In this document: piece by piece, positions 8,584 through 16,714 of the stretch
Layout: each line of letters begins with the position of its first letter
Numbering within the stretch: the stretch's first letter is position 1
Source: a virus
Direction: 5' to 3' (one strand)
UHGV virus genome: UHGV-1375912
DNA length: 46,159 nucleotides
Program-made: the position numbers and the translations under genes
The notes under the pieces: generated by a model
Seen by the model: the letters and a program-made list of their open reading frames with translations, nothing else
Databases searched by the model: none
What the model was told of the DNA's origin: nothing

Positions 8584-8649
8584 TCACATATTGTGATTTA
8601 TTGGTCAATCACGATTTGTGTATAAATTCCCCCTTACACGTTATGTGTA
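8584..8649. promoter_or_regulatory. OL operator cluster with three TCACA-N3-5-TGTGA-type palindromes (TCACATATTGTGA, TCACGATTTGTG, TACACGTTATGTGTA). A PL-type promoter (TTGACC -35) is on the minus strand.
   Basis: The palindromes overlap a TTGACC-17 nt-GAATAT promoter reading toward N. The same half-sites occur at OR. Confidence 0.45.
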
Positions 8650-8689
8650 TGATTTTGGTGTGAATTTATTTTTCTTGGTGATTTGCAGG

Positions 8690-8757
8690 CACAAAAAAGC
8701 CCGCTCAGTGGCGGGCTATTCGTGAGGCGGGTATGAAAAACCCGGCGCGGTGGCCGG
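8690..8757 (-). terminator. Tandem rho-independent terminators (AGCCCGC-TCAGTG-GCGGGCT plus U6; CCGGC-GCGGTG-GCCGG plus U5) downstream of the 8768-9715 moron gene.
   Basis: Two GC hairpins are each followed by a minus-strand T-run. The second hairpin recurs at 44763-44784. Confidence 0.55.
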
Positions 8758-8767
8758 ATGAAATTCT

Positions 8768-9715
8768 TTATTCTGTTACGTCTGATGCATCAAGATCTGC
8801 TCCCTTCAGAACCGGATGAACCCGTTCTAGCAGCTCAATAAATTCATCATAATTATCACAAACCTTCATTAAGGTTACGATGCCAGCAAATCTTTTTTGA
8901 AGCATTTCATTGCCAACACCTTCGGAAAGGAACTGGTGCATTTTTGCACCTTGTTTATTGGCCCTTGCCCGCTCCTCTTTCAGTATTGCCTTGAGATCCG
9001 GAGCCATACGGTCATAGGTGATATTGTTCACTAAATGGCCGAAATATTGGGGCTTTCGCATGTTGGCTTTAAAAGGAACCCCGCGCAGGCGACATAATTC
9101 CTCGAAAAACTCTGGTGGATAGACTCTGACCCAAGGGCGCATCTCTTTAGCAATAAATTGCTCAAGTAACTTGGCAAGCTCATCGCGCTCACGCTCTTTT
9201 TGATAGCCAGTTGCTTCATCTACAAGCGCTACCGCGCCAACACGAGCTAATGCCTTATAAAGCGCCTCTGCTTTTCTAGCCGTGTTGAGATGGTGCCTTT
9301 GTTTTAATGCTCCATCTTTTTCTGCTGATAACCAAACCTCGCATAGCTCAGGAAGAAGAGTGGCATCTAATCCATATGCAGCACCTACACCAGAAGTATT
9401 TTTGAAAACGATAGGCTCAGAAATAGCGTCTCGCAGCTCATCAGTAATGTAAGGTTGCAATTCTGCAGCCTGCAAAACATATGGAAGCTGACCAGCCTCG
9501 CCACCAGGAACCCATCTCGGCATTTTGGAGCCTACAGATACACCAAATGTCTCAGCAAGCCCGTTATTACCCTGCATTGATACAACGCGCCTGCCATCAG
9601 GCAGAACGGCACATGAAACCCCTGTCGACATTAATCCTGTGTGAGTTGGTTTTGGTGCAGATCTCACAGCGGCTGAGACTGCTGCGGCCTTTACTGCTCT
9701 TTTTTTAGGGTCCAT
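8768..9715 (-). CDS. Moron protein of unknown function (315 aa) in the rexAB / sieB position between OL and cI.
   Basis: It lies between PL/OL and the repressor. It has its own AT-rich promoter region (9720-9930) and a double terminator. GC is slightly reduced. Confidence 0.65.
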   Translation of the reverse strand: MDPKKRAVKAAAVSAAVRSAPKPTHTGLMSTGVSCAVLPDGRRVVSMQGNNGLAETFGVSVGSKMPRWVPGGEAGQLPYVLQAAELQPYITDELRDAISEPIVFKNTSGVGAAYGLDATLLPELCEVWLSAEKDGALKQRHHLNTARKAEALYKALARVGAVALVDEATGYQKERERDELAKLLEQFIAKEMRPWVRVYPPEFFEELCRLRGVPFKANMRKPQYFGHLVNNITYDRMAPDLKAILKEERARANKQGAKMHQFLSEGVGNEMLQKRFAGIVTLMKVCDNYDEFIELLERVHPVLKGADLDASDVTE

Positions 9716-9926
9716 TTCGATGCCTCACTTATGGGTGTGGCATTAATTTAGCTAATTAAAAATAAGCTGTAAATAGTAGCTAAATTGTATTTTAGCTAAG
9801 ATATCTATCGTTTCTCATAACTAACTGATACTACTGAAATAATATTTTTTATGGATTTAGTAAAATATCAAATTAGCATCAATAAAGCAGCTTAGAAACG
9901 GTTAGCTAATGGATTGGATCATTCGC

Positions 9927-9952
9927 ATAAAAAAGGCCGCATTTCTGCGGCC
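9927..9952 (-). terminator. Terminator hairpin GGCCGCA-TTTC-TGCGGCC plus U6 immediately after the cI stop codon.
   Basis: The minus strand reads GGCCGCAGAAATGCGGCCTTTTTTATG, 5 nt after the stop. Confidence 0.55.
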
Positions 9953-9956
9953 TCTT

Positions 9957-10604
9957 TCACCCAAACGTCTCTTCCGGCCACTGAGCCTTCACCACCTTCC
10001 CAATGATGCGGCAGCTGTGATCGCAATCCAGCACCCTATAAGCCGGATTAAGAGGCACCAGATAGCTAACGCCGCCATCTTTCTCATACTTCTTGAAGGT
10101 CACCTCAGAATCGCCATTTGCTGAGGCAACGCAGAAATCGCCTGTCTCAACATCCTCAGCCGGATCAACCAATATGAGCATACCCTCCGGGAAGCTCGGG
10201 CGAACACCCTGAGGGGCTGTCATAGAATGACCCTTTACCTCAAGCCAGAAGGCGTTCTCGCTTGCTTTCTTGGTTGTCGCCACCCATGACTTTGCATCGC
10301 TCGCGGTATAGCTTCCAACTTCTGAAAAAGGCCCTGCTTGGACAGAGGCGAACAATGGGTATTCATACTGCTTGAAAACAGAGTCGGCCTCATCACCAAA
10401 CATGATCATAGCTGGTGATACCCCAAGGGCAGAACCAAGGATTACCGCGTCGTCAGCACTTACCTTACGTGTGCCTAACTCATAATTACCCAGGCGAGAC
10501 GGAGCAGCCCAACCGCAAAGTTTGGCTAGCTGTACTTGGCTAAGTCCTTTTGCTTCACGCAGGGACTTGATCCTTTCCCCGATTAATTCATGCATTGTTT
10601 TCAT
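9957..10604 (-). CDS. cI: CI-type prophage repressor: N-terminal XRE HTH plus C-terminal S24 (LexA-like) autopeptidase domain.
   Basis: The C-terminal half is near-collinear with lambda cI (GHSMTAPQG...[13 protein letters not shown]...GDFC...FKK...PLNP...GKV...WPEETFG), with the Ser/Lys dyad retained. It is divergent from cro across an operator region. Confidence 0.9.
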   Translation of the reverse strand: MKTMHELIGERIKSLREAKGLSQVQLAKLCGWAAPSRLGNYELGTRKVSADDAVILGSALGVSPAMIMFGDEADSVFKQYEYPLFASVQAGPFSEVGSYTASDAKSWVATTKKASENAFWLEVKGHSMTAPQGVRPSFPEGMLILVDPAEDVETGDFCVASANGDSEVTFKKYEKDGGVSYLVPLNPAYRVLDCDHSCRIIGKVVKAQWPEETFG

Positions 10605-10711
10605 CCAGTAAATTTACCACAGTTCGTGATTGCACTCCGTACACGAATTGAGGTTGACTGTTAATCACATTTTGTGTGTAATGGTGCTGTGTTTAATGTT
10701 AGGAGGCTGCA
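10605..10711. promoter_or_regulatory. OR region. PR is TTGACT (10654-59), 17 nt, TGTAAT (10677-82), driving cro. An operator-like TCACATTTTGTG sits between -35 and -10. A PRM-type promoter for cI is presumed on the opposite strand.
   Basis: Promoter hexamers with 17-nt spacing. Half-sites are shared with OL. Confidence 0.5.
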
Positions 10712-10930
10712 ATGAACAACATTGCTCAGCAGCGAAAGAAAATCGGAGTTTCGCAAGCTGTCTTGGCTTCAGCTATTGGTTGGGGTCAATCCCGTATCGC
10801 CAACTATGAACTGAACATCCGTACTCCAAGCTTAAATGACTGCCGAGCAATCATTGATGGCTTAAAAAAATTGGGCTGTAAATGCTCGTTGGATGAAGTC
10901 TTCCCACCGTCCAAAGATAAAGCAGCTTAA
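10712..10930 (+). CDS. cro: Cro-like HTH (XRE family) regulator.
   Basis: 72 aa. HTH segment GVSQAVLASAIGWGQSRIANYE. Divergent from cI. Confidence 0.7.
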   Translation: MNNIAQQRKKIGVSQAVLASAIGWGQSRIANYELNIRTPSLNDCRAIIDGLKKLGCKCSLDEVFPPSKDKAA

Positions 10931-10942
10931 GCAGTAATCCAC

Positions 10943-10987
10943 CGCTCTTACACAACGGACATGAAGTCCTACGTCGCTGAAAAGCGA
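10943..10987 (+). promoter_or_regulatory. Candidate nutR: boxA CGCTCTTACACAA, spacer hairpin GGACATGAAGTCC, CUACG, boxB-like UCGCU-GAAA-AGCGA.
   Basis: The boxA matches lambda CGCTCTTACACA exactly. The boxB stem-loop with a GAAA loop parallels nutL. Confidence 0.55.
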
Positions 10988-11074
10988 AATCCAAACGAAA
11001 CAAAAAAAACGTTCGTGGCAATAGCTGCGGCTTTGTCACGTCTAACTACTTAACCAACAAAGGAATGATGTCAC

Positions 11075-11380
11075 ATGGAATTATCAATTTCTCGCAAAAG
11101 CTCGCTCATCAACTGTAAGCCAGAGGTTCTTGAGAGCTATTGGCTTAAGAGCGTACTGGAGTTTGGTAACAATTCACTTGCGAAATTGATGGGGATACAT
11201 CCATCAGCGCTTAGTCGCGATAAAAATCGCATCGCTAAGCTGGCTAGCCAGATGGTTTATCTGCTTGGGTTGCCAGATGGCAGCTATGCAGCTCCGGGAT
11301 GCGAACAGAACGTTGTTATCACGGGAGAGGAGGCAAAGAAGTTGCTTTCGATGCTGGAAAACATCAGGGAACAAAAATGA
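11075..11380 (+). CDS. cII: CII-like transcriptional activator.
   Basis: 101 aa. HTH NNSLAKLMGIHPSALSRDKNR resembles lambda CII TAEAVGVDKSQISRWKRD. It occupies the cII position. Confidence 0.5.
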   Translation: MELSISRKSSLINCKPEVLESYWLKSVLEFGNNSLAKLMGIHPSALSRDKNRIAKLASQMVYLLGLPDGSYAAPGCEQNVVITGEEAKKLLSMLENIREQK

Positions 11381-11414
11381 GAAAGCCGCAAAAGTGGGCA
11401 AACACTCTGCGGCT
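11365..11414 (-). terminator. Antisense (oop-like) terminator: extended hairpin AGCCGCAAAAGTG-GGCAAA-CACTCTGCGGCT, with its U-tract overlapping the cII stop.
   Basis: The minus strand reads AGCCGCAGAGTGTTTGCCCACTTTTGCGGCTTTCTCATTTTTG. Its position between cII and O matches lambda oop. Confidence 0.45.
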
Positions 11415-11456
11415 CAATGCGAAATGACTGGATCAATTCACAGGAGTAATAATACA

Positions 11457-11597
11457 TGAAACCCGATAAACATGAAAGATTTGCCCGACTCAAAGAGCAG
11501 GCCAGAGAGCAGTTTTATCGCAGCATTTCTCAGCTTGGCGCCAGCAAGTTAAGCCAGTGCCTGAAAGAAGCAAAGACTCGGGAGAAGGGCAAATGAC
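11457..11597 (+). CDS. Small 46-aa ORF (MKPDKHERFARLKEQAREQFYRSISQLGASKLSQCLKEAKTREKGK), translationally coupled (ATGA) to the O-like gene.
   Basis: AGGAG RBS. Its stop overlaps the ATG at 11593. Confidence 0.35.
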
Positions 11598-12522
11598 AAC
11601 CGCCAGATTATACGATTTCAGCGCTGCACATGAGCGCAGGAGTTCACGGATGGAAAACCAAAAGCAGGGGCATTTCGCCCTGTTCAGGAGCCTTCTGTCC
11701 AAGGATTGGGCCAGCGACACAGCTAAGTTTGCTTTATGGGTTCGCATCATCGGGCAGGCGCAATACAAACCCCGCACGGTGGAATTTGATGGCGTGTCAT
11801 GGGACTTACAGGCCGGGCAGTTAGTCACCAAAGTTCCTTACCTGGCACGCAAACTTAAGGACTCTCAGGGAAACGAGAAGTCTTCAAAACAAGTACGTGA
11901 CATGCTCGAATTTTTCACGAAAGAGAAGATGATCACCTTCTCTGGAAACCGCCACGGAACGGTGATTACCATCATAAATTACACCGATTATCAGGGTGAT
12001 TTTGAGGTAACAAAGGAAGTAGATAAGCAGGTAACAAACAAACCCAGTGCTGGCGCGGCCTCGCCGACTACTGAGGTAACAAAGCAGGGAACAAATGAGG
12101 TAGAACAGAGTAAGAAGTTACTAGAACAAGAATTAAATAATACCCCTAAATCCCCTGAAGGGGACATGTCGGTGAAGCCTGAAAAGAAAAAGCGAAAACC
12201 GGCTGAACCCTTTGAATTCGACCGTGAGCGATTCAAGGCCACATGGAACCGCAAAGCTCAGCAGTACGGATTACCTCGGGTGATAAGCATCAGCAAAACC
12301 ACTCTGGCGGGAATCAAGCGACTGTACGAATCCCATATTGAGCACTGCAAAGAGACCAAGCGTCCGCCGCAGAACGTTGACACGTTCATCAACGGCTATA
12401 TCGAGTTTGGTTACACGCCGTCCGATTATGCCTGTGGGAAAAACGATGCTGGCAAGAAATACGGCATCGATACCGCTCTTACTCAGAAGATGATCGACAA
12501 AATCATCAGCCAGGAGGCCTGA
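11593..12522 (+). CDS. Replication initiation protein (lambda O-like) with an internal origin. The start is taken at MTTARLYDF; the supplied ORF begins at 11557.
   Basis: Iterons and an AT-rich block lie inside the gene. It is directly followed by a DnaB-family helicase. An N-terminal basic region precedes a linker containing repeated EVTK. Confidence 0.6.
   Translation: MTTARLYDFSAAHERRSSRMENQKQGHFALFRSLLSKDWASDTAKFALWVRIIGQAQYKPRTVEFDGVSWDLQAGQLVTKVPYLARKLKDSQGNEKSSKQVRDMLEFFTKEKMITFSGNRHGTVITIINYTDYQGDFEVTKEVDKQVTNKPSAGAASPTTEVTKQGTNEVEQSKKLLEQELNNTPKSPEGDMSVKPEKKKRKPAEPFEFDRERFKATWNRKAQQYGLPRVISISKTTLAGIKRLYESHIEHCKETKRPPQNVDTFINGYIEFGYTPSDYACGKNDAGKKYGIDTALTQKMIDKIISQEA
12004..12160. 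repeat. Candidate ori: iterons GAGGTAACAAAGG, CAGGTAACAAACA, GAGGTAACAAAGC and a degenerate GAGGTAGAACAG, followed by an AT-rich block (12108-12160).
   Basis: Three to four direct repeats of GAGGTAACAAA lie inside the initiator gene, followed by about 75% AT. This is the arrangement of ori-lambda. Confidence 0.55.
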
Positions 12523-12523
12523 A

Positions 12524-13870
12524 ATGGATAGTTTAGACTTCGAGCAGCAGCTGGTTGGCTCGATGATGGTCAAAGGCGATCACATCGACTGCCGTGACAT
12601 CGCCGCAAAGCTTCCCGCTGAAGCGTTCTCGAATCACCACCTGCGTCAGATTTACACCGTCATCTGCCGGTTCATCGACAAATGCGAACCGATTGACCCG
12701 TTCACCGTTGGCGCGGCCGTTCCGGAAGACACGCGTGATCACGTTATGACCGTTGGCTTCAAGTGCAAGACCGCTGCAAACATCAAAGCGTGGGCAAAGC
12801 TTGTTCGCCAGTGCTGGATGCTCCGCAAGGGTGCAGCAGACCTCACGAAGGCCGCTGAGATGCTTGCTAACGCCAACACGCAGAACATCAATGAGAGCAT
12901 TGCCGAAGCAACCGGCATCATCTCAAAGCTTCAGTTCGAAACCACTGACAGATTGCCGCGCCGTATTGGTGACCTGATACCCGATTATCTCAACGTCCTG
13001 GAAGAGCGCATGAAGGGTGCAGAATCCGGCCTGTACCTGAAGACGGGCATTGAGGCGATGGATAACGAATACGGCGGGTTTGATCGCACTGACCTGATCA
13101 TTCTGGCTGGCCGTCCTGGTATGGGTAAGACGGAGCTGGCAATCAACATCGCTAACTCAATCGGAAGGCAGAAGGGAAGAGGCTTACTGATGTCGATGGA
13201 AATGTCGGAAACGCAGGTAGTAGAGCGTCACATTGCTGATCGTGGCGGATTGTCTATCAGTGCTCTCAGGAACCCTCTCGGGATGAGCCAGGAGGACTAC
13301 ACCCGCCTTACTGGAGCCACAGGAACGCTGCTTGATGAGGATAATTTCGTCATGGTTGGCTCCTTCACCATCGATGAAATCATATCTCAGGCGGAGCGAA
13401 TGAACATGGACGGCGGGCTAAGTTTTCTGGCTATCGACTATTTGACCCTTATCGACATGCCGAAAGCTGAGCGAGCCGACCTGGCAATTGCAGAGGTAAC
13501 CCGAAAACTGAAGCAGTTCTGCCTACGCAATAAGGTTCCCGTAGTGCTTCTGGCTCAGCTCAATCGCAACGTTGATGGGCGAGGAGACAAGCGGCCAAAC
13601 ATGGGAGATCTGGCAGGCTCAAGCTCAATTGAGAAGGACGCTGATGTGATTATCTTCCCTTACCGTGACGAGGTTTATCACGACAACTCGGATATGAAGG
13701 GAATCGCCGAAATAATCATCGGTAAATACCGCTCCGGCGAGCCGAAGACGTTTTACATGGGCTGGAGGAATGGTCACTTCGTCAATATCGACCAGGAGGC
13801 CGCAGCTAAGCAGTATTCCGACAACAAAAACAAAGAGCAGCCGGCCAACGACTGGCGCTACGGAGGATAA
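12524..13870 (+). CDS. Replicative DNA helicase, DnaB family.
   Basis: 448 aa. Walker A GRPGMGKTELAINIAN. The N-terminal DnaB-like domain and a RecA-like C-terminal domain are present. Confidence 0.9.
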   Translation: MDSLDFEQQLVGSMMVKGDHIDCRDIAAKLPAEAFSNHHLRQIYTVICRFIDKCEPIDPFTVGAAVPEDTRDHVMTVGFKCKTAANIKAWAKLVRQCWMLRKGAADLTKAAEMLANANTQNINESIAEATGIISKLQFETTDRLPRRIGDLIPDYLNVLEERMKGAESGLYLKTGIEAMDNEYGGFDRTDLIILAGRPGMGKTELAINIANSIGRQKGRGLLMSMEMSETQVVERHIADRGGLSISALRNPLGMSQEDYTRLTGATGTLLDEDNFVMVGSFTIDEIISQAERMNMDGGLSFLAIDYLTLIDMPKAERADLAIAEVTRKLKQFCLRNKVPVVLLAQLNRNVDGRGDKRPNMGDLAGSSSIEKDADVIIFPYRDEVYHDNSDMKGIAEIIIGKYRSGEPKTFYMGWRNGHFVNIDQEAAAKQYSDNKNKEQPANDWRYGG

Positions 13871-13873
13871 ATC

Positions 13874-14146
13874 ATGGCACTACGAAACTTAGATGTTCAG
13901 AAATTTATAGAGCAGCGCGGATATGTCTCATCACTTGTTACCGTAAAAGGTAAGCACATCATCATCAAAGACCCTGAGCCTCAAGGATGGGACTATGACG
14001 TGGCAATCAGTGACTGCAACACGCCCGAGAAAATCCTCTCATGGGTTATGCACCTGAGCGAAAAGACCTGGGTTACTAAAGACATTATTCGCCAGTTTAT
14101 TCGTGTGTCAGCTCATGCCTCCGGCCTGAAAATTGAGGGCTTTTGA
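13874..14146 (+). CDS. Hypothetical protein.
   Basis: 90-aa ORF. Confidence 0.5.
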   Translation: MALRNLDVQKFIEQRGYVSSLVTVKGKHIIIKDPEPQGWDYDVAISDCNTPEKILSWVMHLSEKTWVTKDIIRQFIRVSAHASGLKIEGF

Positions 14147-14147
14147 A

Positions 14148-14381
14148 ATGTCCATCATCGATAGCGCAATGAAGCTGACCGAACTCACGAAGCAAGGCGC
14201 GAATTATCGCGGGTTATGCCCATTCCATGAAGAAAACACCCCGTCTTTCGTGGTGCGTCCACAGAAAAACGACTTCATCTGCTTTGGATGCGGTAAATCA
14301 GGCGGTGAAATCGAACTGGCACAATTCGAGCGCGATTCACGCCAGCAGCCGGGCAAAGGGCAGAAACGGGGAGGATTTTGA
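14148..14381 (+). CDS. Stand-alone primase-type CHC2 zinc-finger protein (77 aa).
   Basis: [17 protein letters not shown]...[11 protein letters not shown] matches the DnaG / P4-alpha-type CHC2 zinc-binding motif. No primase catalytic domain follows. Confidence 0.5.
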   Translation: MSIIDSAMKLTELTKQGANYRGLCPFHEENTPSFVVRPQKNDFICFGCGKSGGEIELAQFERDSRQQPGKGQKRGGF

Positions 14382-14650
14382 TGAACAAAAAGCAACTAGA
14401 TATTCTGGGCCGCGCATGGGAAACCGATATAGCGCACGCCCTGAAAGAAATCCCTTACCCAATATTCCAATCAAAATCGAAAGTCGTTAAGCAACTGGCT
14501 GATGATGGCTATCTCGAATGCGTCGAATTCACAGATAAAGGAATCAGCTTCAAGGGCTATCACATCACGCACTTCGGCATCATGGCTTATTGCGAAAGCC
14601 TGCCGCCAGAGGATGACGAGCAGCCCACCAATCAGAACGGAGAGCAGTGA
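14378..14650 (+). CDS. Hypothetical protein.
   Basis: 90-aa ORF with overlapping start/stop coupling. Confidence 0.5.
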   Translation: MMNKKQLDILGRAWETDIAHALKEIPYPIFQSKSKVVKQLADDGYLECVEFTDKGISFKGYHITHFGIMAYCESLPPEDDEQPTNQNGEQ

Positions 14651-14651
14651 T

Positions 14652-14852
14652 ATGGATTGGCATACTGCATTAAAAGACTCAATAGCCTTTGCTTTGGGCG
14701 TCCCGGCACTGTTCGCCATTATGTCGATTGTCGTGTGGCAGAACGGATTCAAGATTCTGGGCTGGAAATACATAGCCAGGTTAACGCTGGTTATGGCTAC
14801 CTTCCCGTGGATATTCGAAGCAATCGACGCATATAAGGCGACCAACGGATGA
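14652..14852 (+). CDS. Small membrane protein with two predicted TM helices.
   Basis: MDWHTALKDSIAFALGVPALFAIMSIVVW...LTLVMATFPWIF. The start lies 1 nt after the upstream stop. Confidence 0.45.
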   Translation: MDWHTALKDSIAFALGVPALFAIMSIVVWQNGFKILGWKYIARLTLVMATFPWIFEAIDAYKATNG

Positions 14853-15037
14853 CAAACAACGATGAGCTGGAGCCTTGCCCGTTCTGTGGCGAAAAAGATG
14901 GCCTTCCATTCATCAGGCCAAGTGACGGCTGGCGTTACGTTCAGTGCATCTCATGCCTGTGCAGCTCTGCGGCCAGACCATCGCTGGAGCTGGCGTTATC
15001 AGCCTGGAATCAGCGCAGCAAGCAGGAGAAATTATGA
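14849..15037 (+). CDS. Lar-family restriction-alleviation zinc-ribbon protein.
   Basis: 62 aa. The N-terminal ELEPCPFCG and a later C..C pair are typical of Lar-like proteins. Confidence 0.45.
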   Translation: MTNNDELEPCPFCGEKDGLPFIRPSDGWRYVQCISCLCSSAARPSLELALSAWNQRSKQEKL

Positions 15038-15213
15038 ACAACGTAATCCCTCTCAGACCTAAGCATCAACCCCTTAAAGACTCACACTCAGCGCTACTGA
15101 CAGCCCTCAAGATGCTACGTGAAGGCGGACACAGTAAGCAGAGCATTGACCTATTGTTGAGCGCCGCAGCTGACAACATCCATGACTACGTGGAGACAAT
15201 CGAAGGGAGGTAA
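15034..15213 (+). CDS. Hypothetical small protein (start at MNNVIPL).
   Basis: ATGA overlap with the upstream stop. Confidence 0.4.
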   Translation: MNNVIPLRPKHQPLKDSHSALLTALKMLREGGHSKQSIDLLLSAAADNIHDYVETIEGR

Positions 15214-15215
15214 CA

Positions 15216-15677
15216 GTGGAGACGCAACGTTTTCTACTGAGAGACAGCAACATCCGACAGAACTGCATCAGCGCCATTCAGCAACTCCCCGCCAATCCCG
15301 ACAAACCATTCGAAATAGTCATCCAGGAACGCAAGCGTACTAAGTCGCAGAACGACCGTATGTGGCCGCTTCTCCATGACCTTTCCCGACAGGTTGAATG
15401 GTACGGGCAGAAGTACACCCCGGACGACTGGAAAGACCTCATCACCGCACTCGTGGCTAAATCCAAAAACGAACAGCAGCGCACCGCACCCGGTATCGGC
15501 GGCGGCGTCGTCATGTTTGGCTCCCGGACCAGCAAGATGCGCGTGAGCGAAATGGTTGAAGTCATCGAGGCGATTTACTGGTTTGGCACAGAGCAGAACG
15601 TGAAATTCAGCGACGAAGCCCGGTTAGAGATCGAATGGGCGCAGCGCTGGGGCGAAAAGAACAGGAGGACAGAATGA
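15216..15677 (+). CDS. ninB: NinB (Orf-family) recombination mediator.
   Basis: IQERKRTKSQNDRMWPLLHDLSRQVEWYG is collinear with lambda NinB IQERNRSLDQNRKLWACLGDVSRQVEWHG. Confidence 0.85.
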   Translation: METQRFLLRDSNIRQNCISAIQQLPANPDKPFEIVIQERKRTKSQNDRMWPLLHDLSRQVEWYGQKYTPDDWKDLITALVAKSKNEQQRTAPGIGGGVVMFGSRTSKMRVSEMVEVIEAIYWFGTEQNVKFSDEARLEIEWAQRWGEKNRRTE

Positions 15678-16234
15678 TCACCAAGCAAAGGATTGAAGAG
15701 GTTTTAAATTTCGATCGTGAGAATGGGGTGTTCACTTGGAAAATATATCGTGGTGGAACCAAGAAGGTCGGTGATGTTGCTGGAACCATCGACAGCAAGG
15801 GTTATCGGCAAATCAGAATTGATGGAGTCACATATTTAGCTCATAGGCTTGTCTGGCTTCTGGTCTATGGAGCTTGGCCATCCCATCACATTGACCATAT
15901 CGACCGAAACCCATTAAACATTCACGAATCAAACCTCAGAAAATGCACTCACGCGCAAAATCATCAGAATGAGGGCGTGAGGTCTGACAGCACCAGTGGT
16001 GTGACAGGCGTCTCCTTCATCAAACGCAGTAAAAAGTGGCTCGCCTACATCAATGTTGATAACAAACGAATTCGCCTAGGTCAGTTTGAAACATTTGATG
16101 AAGCAGTGGCGGCAAGAATTCAGGCAAAAAAGAACTATCACACATTCCACCCATATCAAGAATGCCACCTCAGATTCAGCGACGAGTCAGCGCGTGCGGC
16201 TGAGTGGGCAGGAAGATTCGGGAGTACATCATGA
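15674..16234 (+). CDS. Second HNH-AP2 homing endonuclease, paralogous to 6350-6862.
   Basis: HNH motif IDHIDRNPLNIHESNLRKCTHAQNHQNE. AP2-like GVSFIKRSKKWLAYINVDNKRIRLGQFETFDEA. ATGA overlap with the ninB stop. Confidence 0.75.
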   Translation: MITKQRIEEVLNFDRENGVFTWKIYRGGTKKVGDVAGTIDSKGYRQIRIDGVTYLAHRLVWLLVYGAWPSHHIDHIDRNPLNIHESNLRKCTHAQNHQNEGVRSDSTSGVTGVSFIKRSKKWLAYINVDNKRIRLGQFETFDEAVAARIQAKKNYHTFHPYQECHLRFSDESARAAEWAGRFGSTS

Positions 16235-16539
16235 GCAAAATCAAAGCAGCATTGCTGGGCATTCTCTCTGACGGGAAATGGCACCAGACTTCAGAGCTGA
16301 TAGGTCCGGTATGTAAGTCCTGCCGCACTAATCGGGCCAATGTGTCTAACACCCTCAGCACCCTCTGTGGTGGTCATCACGTTGTAAAGGAGCATATCAC
16401 TGGTGCAAAACACAATTCCTGTCGCTACAGGCTGGCAAACGAGCAGGCTGGATTTGGCGTCAGCCCGGTTATGGCAGATTTCAATCAGCTACTGAGAGCT
16501 GCAAGGGGGCAACATGCAAATGACATGGTTTTGCCATGA
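16231..16539 (+). CDS. Hypothetical protein (start at MSKIKAALLG).
   Basis: ATGA coupling with the upstream gene. Confidence 0.5.
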   Translation: MSKIKAALLGILSDGKWHQTSELIGPVCKSCRTNRANVSNTLSTLCGGHHVVKEHITGAKHNSCRYRLANEQAGFGVSPVMADFNQLLRAARGQHANDMVLP

Positions 16540-16714
16540 GCCTGTAGATACTGAAACCGCTAACGAACTCCTTTCCCGCTACGCCTCTCGCAACATCAAA
16601 ACTCAGAAGACACTCGCAGCCGACCCTCGCCTCTGGCTGGTCAGTGCATTGCTGCCTGAGTACCGGAACGAGCCAATACCGAGCAGGCAGTATAAAAACC
16701 CAATGTGGAGCTGA
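16514..16714 (+). CDS. Hypothetical small protein.
   Basis: 66-aa ORF. Confidence 0.35.
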   Translation: MQMTWFCHEPVDTETANELLSRYASRNIKTQKTLAADPRLWLVSALLPEYRNEPIPSRQYKNPMWS

